NCBI GenBank assembly: GCA_023247255.1
Contig: JAHFGV010000007.1
Span: 6,602 to 70,601 of the forward strand
From: Candidatus Omnitrophota bacterium
Lineage (GTDB): Bacteria > Omnitrophota > Gorgyraeia > Aquiviventales > Aquiviventaceae
Length of the DNA stretch: 64,000 nt
Reading direction: 5' to 3'
Below the pieces are notes generated by a model that had not been told where the DNA came from, did no database searches, and was given only the letters and a program-made list of their open reading frames with translations. The translations under genes and the position numbers were made by a program. The number at the start of each line of letters is the position of its first letter. Within the stretch, counting starts at the first letter, position 1. Shown piece by piece: positions 59,832-64,000 of this stretch.

Positions 59832-60622
59832 ATCGCACGGGAGTCATCCGAACTTTTAAGCTGACGATCGCTTATGACGGGACGCGCTATGCGGGTTGGC
59901 AGGCACAGCGTTACAGCAGTCAGCAATCAGCAGCCAGCAATAAGCCAGAACGCAAACCGACGATTCAAGGAACGCTAGAACAGACGCTCAAACGAATCCT
60001 CCAGGAATCGGTGAAAGTCATTGGGAGCGGAAGGACGGACGCGGGTGTTCATGCCATAGCCCAAGTAGCTCATGTCCGAACTCGGTCGCGTCTTTCTTGC
60101 AATCGTCTGTTGCGTTCGGTTAATCAATTGCTACCATCCGATATTGCACTGACACAAATCGAGCAAGCTCACCCCGCGTTTCATGCCCGGTTTCACGCCA
60201 CCCGCAAACGCTATCGCTACTGTATTTTTACAGGCTCTGTCGTGCCTCCGTTCATCAGACCCTACGTGCTCCATTTTCCAGCCCGACTCAACGCAGCGTT
60301 GATGCGTCGGGAGGCAGCCTACCTAAAAAATCGCCACGATTTCCGTGCCTTCACCCAAGCAAAATCTGTGCGTCAACGTTCTACGATCCGAACGATTACC
60401 GATGTTCAGTTCAAGCGCCAAGGTCCGCAGCTTCAGATCGAAGTGGAAGGAAACGGGTTCTTGCATACCATGGTGCGGAGTATCGTAGGCACTCTGATGG
60501 ACGTCGGTCGTGGACATCTGCCTCCAGGCACGATACGGCGAATGGTGCAAAGTAAAAATCGGGACATGGCCGGAAGCACTGCCCCCGCTCGAGGATTGAC
60601 CTTGCTCAGGGTTCATTACTGA
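59828..60622 (+). CDS. truA: tRNA pseudouridine(38-40) synthase
   Basis: AYDGT.Y.GWQ, SGRTDAGVHA, FHARF, GFLHTMVR, APARGL. Confidence 0.97.
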   Translation: MNRTGVIRTFKLTIAYDGTRYAGWQAQRYSSQQSAASNKPERKPTIQGTLEQTLKRILQESVKVIGSGRTDAGVHAIAQVAHVRTRSRLSCNRLLRSVNQLLPSDIALTQIEQAHPAFHARFHATRKRYRYCIFTGSVVPPFIRPYVLHFPARLNAALMRREAAYLKNRHDFRAFTQAKSVRQRSTIRTITDVQFKRQGPQLQIEVEGNGFLHTMVRSIVGTLMDVGRGHLPPGTIRRMVQSKNRDMAGSTAPARGLTLLRVHY

Positions 60623-60630
60623 GGTTTTGC

Positions 60631-62244
60631 ATGGCTGAACGAACCAGACGCACTCATCCGAGCTCCTTGAAAGAAAAACCGAAAGAGAAACAGCCGGAAC
60701 AGTGGGGCTCTCGGATAGGCGTCATTCTGGCTGTCGCCGGCAGCGCCATTGGCCTGGGGAATTTCCTACGGTTTCCTGTCCAGGCTGCGCAGAACGGCGG
60801 CGGTGCTTTCATGATTCCTTATTTTCTGGCGCTGCTTTTGCTCGGCATTCCCTTATGTCTCGTTGAGTGGACAATCGGACGATTCGGTGGAGCCCACGGT
60901 CACAACACATCCGCGGGCGCTCTGGGAGTCCTGTGGCATTGGCGCGGCAGCCGGTATTTGGGTCTGTTGGGAGTATTCGGACCCTGGGTCATCTTTTTGT
61001 ATTACACCTATGTGGAGAGTTGGACGCTGGCGTTTAGCTATTTCTCGCTGGCCGGTCTCTATGATCGAGCCGCCGATCAGACCTCCATGACTGCTTTCCT
61101 TAGAGGTTTTCAAGGACTGGCACCCAATGAAACCTTTCCCAATCTAGCGACCGCCTATTTCTTCTTTTTGCTGACTTTCGCCCTCAACCTGATCATCGTT
61201 GCAGGAGGCATCCGTCGAGGAATCGAGTTTGTCTCGAAAACCTTTCTTCCTCTTCTGTTCGTCTTTGCGATTGTATTGGCTATCCGGGGAATCTGTCTCG
61301 GAACGCCGGATCCAGCGAAACCCGATTGGAATATCCTCAATGGTTTGGGCTATCTGTGGAATCCGGATTTTTCTGTCTTGAAGCATTCGAGGGTCTGGCT
61401 GGCGGCCGCCGGGCAGATTTTCTTCACTTTAAGCGTCGGCATCGGCGCCATCTTAACCTACGCGAGTTACCTCAAGCGCGATGATGACGTCGTATTATCC
61501 TCATTGACCGCCGTCGGGATGAATGAGTTTGCCGAAGTGATCTTGGGAGGATGCCTGGTCATCCCGGTCGCCTTTGCCTTCTTTGGCCCTCAGCAAATGC
61601 ATGCGATTGCCCAAAGCGGATCTTTCAATCTCGGATTCGTCACCCTGCCGTTGGTTTTGAGGCAGCTTCCGTGGGGACACGTGTTGGGTTGTGTCTGGTT
61701 TCTTCTTTTGTTTCTGGCCGGGATCACGTCTTCCATTTCTCTGGCACAGCCGGTGCTGGCGTTCTTTCAAAACGTCTATGGTCTGAGCCGGGCAAAAGCC
61801 GTCATGTTTTTTGGAGCGATCAGCTTCGTCCTCAGCCAGCCGGCAATCGGGTGGCTGGGGCATGGCGTGATGGATGAAATGGATTTCTGGGTAGGGACGT
61901 TCTGCCTGGTACTCTTCGGCACCATTGAAATCCTCATCTTCGGCTGGGCCTTCGGCCTTAAGCGTGGCTGGCGGGAACTCCATCACGGGGCGAGTCTGCA
62001 CCTAGCACCGGTCTTTAAATTTGTCATCCGCTATGTCACTCCCGCGTACTTGTTATTTATCCTGGGGTTCTGGTTTTACGACAATGCCAAACCGACCATC
62101 AGCCTCACCAGCGTCGATCCGGCCAACCGTCCCTATGTCCTTGGCACTCGGTGGATGCTCATCGGTTTTTTCTTGATCCTCGCCATCAGCATGAGAGTCG
62201 CATTACGTCGTCGGCCGCTTAGCCAAGAACTGCATATCTCATGA
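60631..62244 (+). CDS. Sodium-dependent transporter, NSS/SNF family
   Basis: AGSAIGLGNFLRFP..NGGGAF.IPY, GQIFFTLS.G.G, AGITSSIS. Confidence 0.95.
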   Translation: MAERTRRTHPSSLKEKPKEKQPEQWGSRIGVILAVAGSAIGLGNFLRFPVQAAQNGGGAFMIPYFLALLLLGIPLCLVEWTIGRFGGAHGHNTSAGALGVLWHWRGSRYLGLLGVFGPWVIFLYYTYVESWTLAFSYFSLAGLYDRAADQTSMTAFLRGFQGLAPNETFPNLATAYFFFLLTFALNLIIVAGGIRRGIEFVSKTFLPLLFVFAIVLAIRGICLGTPDPAKPDWNILNGLGYLWNPDFSVLKHSRVWLAAAGQIFFTLSVGIGAILTYASYLKRDDDVVLSSLTAVGMNEFAEVILGGCLVIPVAFAFFGPQQMHAIAQSGSFNLGFVTLPLVLRQLPWGHVLGCVWFLLLFLAGITSSISLAQPVLAFFQNVYGLSRAKAVMFFGAISFVLSQPAIGWLGHGVMDEMDFWVGTFCLVLFGTIEILIFGWAFGLKRGWRELHHGASLHLAPVFKFVIRYVTPAYLLFILGFWFYDNAKPTISLTSVDPANRPYVLGTRWMLIGFFLILAISMRVALRRRPLSQELHIS

Positions 62245-62360
62245 ACCTATGGGGATGGATTTTCCTGACTCTCTCTTGGGGCTTCATTATCGGTTTGTGT
62301 GTTTTTTGTTTCTTCCACATCTTCTGGCAGCGGAACAAACCCGGTTCGTCTCATCCCTGA
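62241..62360 (+). CDS. 39-aa single-TM protein, putative NSS transporter small subunit
   Basis: ATGA overlap; MNLWGWIFLTLSWGFIIGLCVFCFFHIF; below the ORF-track cutoff. Confidence 0.65.
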   Translation: MNLWGWIFLTLSWGFIIGLCVFCFFHIFWQRNKPGSSHP

Positions 62361-62421
62361 CACGCGTCGTGCGCATTCCATATTCCATCCCGCGCAGAAC
62401 TAGGATATAATTAGCCCTTCC

Positions 62422-63591
62422 ATGCAAACGAAATACGTCATCTTGCGGTGTGAAGATACCGGGCGGGGTGAGAATGTTGCCTCGCTTTTGGAAGGGGCTA
62501 AACTGCCCCAGCTCCAACAAATGGCCCAGGCAGGCTCGGCGGGCCTAGTCATTCCTCCAGCCAGGCTTTCCAGCATCGACCGCTTCCAGCTTCATCGCGG
62601 GCTGCTGGGACTTTCTTTGCGCGATCCAGAAGCAACCCCGTCCGCCTGCTATGCAGCGAGCTTGGGACTCGATCTGAAAGAGGGACAAACGGCCTGGTGT
62701 TGCGAATTCGTCACTCACCGAGATGGACGCATCGTGGATGCTACCGCGGGCTCTATCACGACTAACGAAAGCCAGATGCTGCTTCAAGCCTTGGAAAGCC
62801 AATTGGGATCCGAACAGTTGTGTTGGAAACTGGGACGAGAATCCCACCATCTGTTACTGGTGTCCGACCCCACGCTTCAAAATGACGGGCAAGCACCGAT
62901 TCGCTCACCCGAACGCGTTCTGGAGGAGTCCTGGCGTCGCTGCTTGCCCAAAGGTATCCTGGGAAATTCGCTGCGGCGCTTGATTGAGCAGGCGTCGAGC
63001 GTCTTGGAGGCTCATACGATCAATCGGGTCAGGATCGATCTGGGTGAGAATCCGGCGAATATGGTTTGGCTGTGGGGACCAGGACATCGCAGCCCGGCGC
63101 GGTCTTTTTCCGAGCGCACGGGTCTTTCTGGACTTTTGATGTCCAACGATTTCCCGATGCGAGGAATGGCCCGGATACTCGGCCTGGACTGGAAAGAAGC
63201 CCTGGAATCCCTTGAGGAAGCGTCTTTCCGCAGCCTGACTCAGAAGCTGAATCGAGCGGTGGAAAAATACGATTTCGTGTATCTGCATCTTGTGATTCGC
63301 ACTTCTCAGGCGATAGAACGGCTTTGCGCCATGGAACGCATGGACCAGTGGCTCGTGAAACCTTTGGTCAGCCAGCTGCCTGAGCGAACTTCGTGGCGTA
63401 TTCTCATCGTGATTGATGATCGGCCGGACGATGGGGCGGCGGTTGTGGCTATGGGAAGTGATTTGGGAAAATCCCCCATCGTCCATCTCAACCGAAAGGA
63501 CTTCGCTGAAAGCGCGTTTCGGTTCAGTCATACGAGCGACCTATTCTCATGGTTTGTCCCAAAGACCGATGGGCTCAACGAACGTCCATAG
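62422..63591 (+). CDS. ApgM (cofactor-independent phosphoglycerate mutase)-like protein with degenerate active site
   Basis: KYVIL, AGSITT.E, H.IN..RI..GENPANMVWLWG.G, YDFVYLH; metal ligands not seen. Confidence 0.8.
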   Translation: MQTKYVILRCEDTGRGENVASLLEGAKLPQLQQMAQAGSAGLVIPPARLSSIDRFQLHRGLLGLSLRDPEATPSACYAASLGLDLKEGQTAWCCEFVTHRDGRIVDATAGSITTNESQMLLQALESQLGSEQLCWKLGRESHHLLLVSDPTLQNDGQAPIRSPERVLEESWRRCLPKGILGNSLRRLIEQASSVLEAHTINRVRIDLGENPANMVWLWGPGHRSPARSFSERTGLSGLLMSNDFPMRGMARILGLDWKEALESLEEASFRSLTQKLNRAVEKYDFVYLHLVIRTSQAIERLCAMERMDQWLVKPLVSQLPERTSWRILIVIDDRPDDGAAVVAMGSDLGKSPIVHLNRKDFAESAFRFSHTSDLFSWFVPKTDGLNERP

Positions 63592-63603
63592 ATACGCCCA
63601 TCC

Positions 63604-64000
63604 ATGAAACGAAAACTGATCGTCCAAAAATACGGGGGAAGCTCGGTCGCTCATTCGGAACGGATCAAACGGGTAGCGCAGCGAGTCATCGCCACCAAAC
63701 ATCAAGGTGCCGATGTTGTGGTCGTTGTTTCCGCGCTGGGCGATACGACGGATGAGCTGTTACAGTTGGCTTCGCAAGTCAGCCAGAGCCCATCCGAACG
63801 GGAGCTCGACATGTTGATGGCAACCGGTGAGCAGGTTTCCGTCGCCCTTCTTGCGATGGCCATCCATGCCTTTGGAGAAGACGCGGTATCGTTTACCGGA
63901 GCCCAGGTCGGCATTCTCACGGATGGCACGCACACCAAGGCAAGGCTTGTAAAAATCAACACGCATCGAATCGTCGAGGAACTGCACAAAGGACGGATCG
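63604..64000 (+). CDS. lysC: Aspartate kinase, 5' part (runs off window end)
   Basis: IVQKYGGSSV, VVVVSALGDTTDEL, RELDMLMATGEQ, SFTGAQ. Confidence 0.96.
   Translation, partial: MKRKLIVQKYGGSSVAHSERIKRVAQRVIATKHQGADVVVVVSALGDTTDELLQLASQVSQSPSERELDMLMATGEQVSVALLAMAIHAFGEDAVSFTGAQVGILTDGTHTKARLVKINTHRIVEELHKGRI

Overview
A 64-kb bacterial chromosomal segment, almost entirely + strand; gene content and repeat style suggest a candidate-phylum/PVC-type organism such as Omnitrophota (inference only). It contains tsaD (partial), mgtC-like, a bactofilin-HTH fusion and a ~21-kb LPS/surface-glycan cluster (epimerases, WecA-like fusion, O-antigen ligase, GT9 x2, GT2s including a triple fusion, GT87, sugar C-methyltransferase, deacetylase). 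These are followed by udg-priA, def-fmt, tandem galT paralogues, gap-pgk-tpiA-secG-oppABCDF, marC, thiG, a speE-like/TPR fusion, leuB-asd, a PilZ protein, truA, an NSS transporter, an apgM-like gene and lysC (partial). Most notable: (1) two divergent, paralogous PilV-PilW-PilX minor-pilin cassettes flank the glycolysis/opp block. One lies downstream of a GEMM-I (c-di-GMP-I) riboswitch carrying a 42-nt palindromic insertion and a duplicated 3' strand; the other is broken by a passenger-carrying IS3 element. (2) There is a dense set of at least 7 MITE/REP-like families with visible target-site duplications, plus inverted 7-bp-period arrays that nest in one another, sit at gene 3' ends and insert in frame into proteins. 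(3) Two apparent pseudo-enzymes are present (GalT with catalytic His->Arg; ApgM lacking metal ligands). No rRNA, tRNA or CRISPR array was found. All calls are by eye, without database searches.
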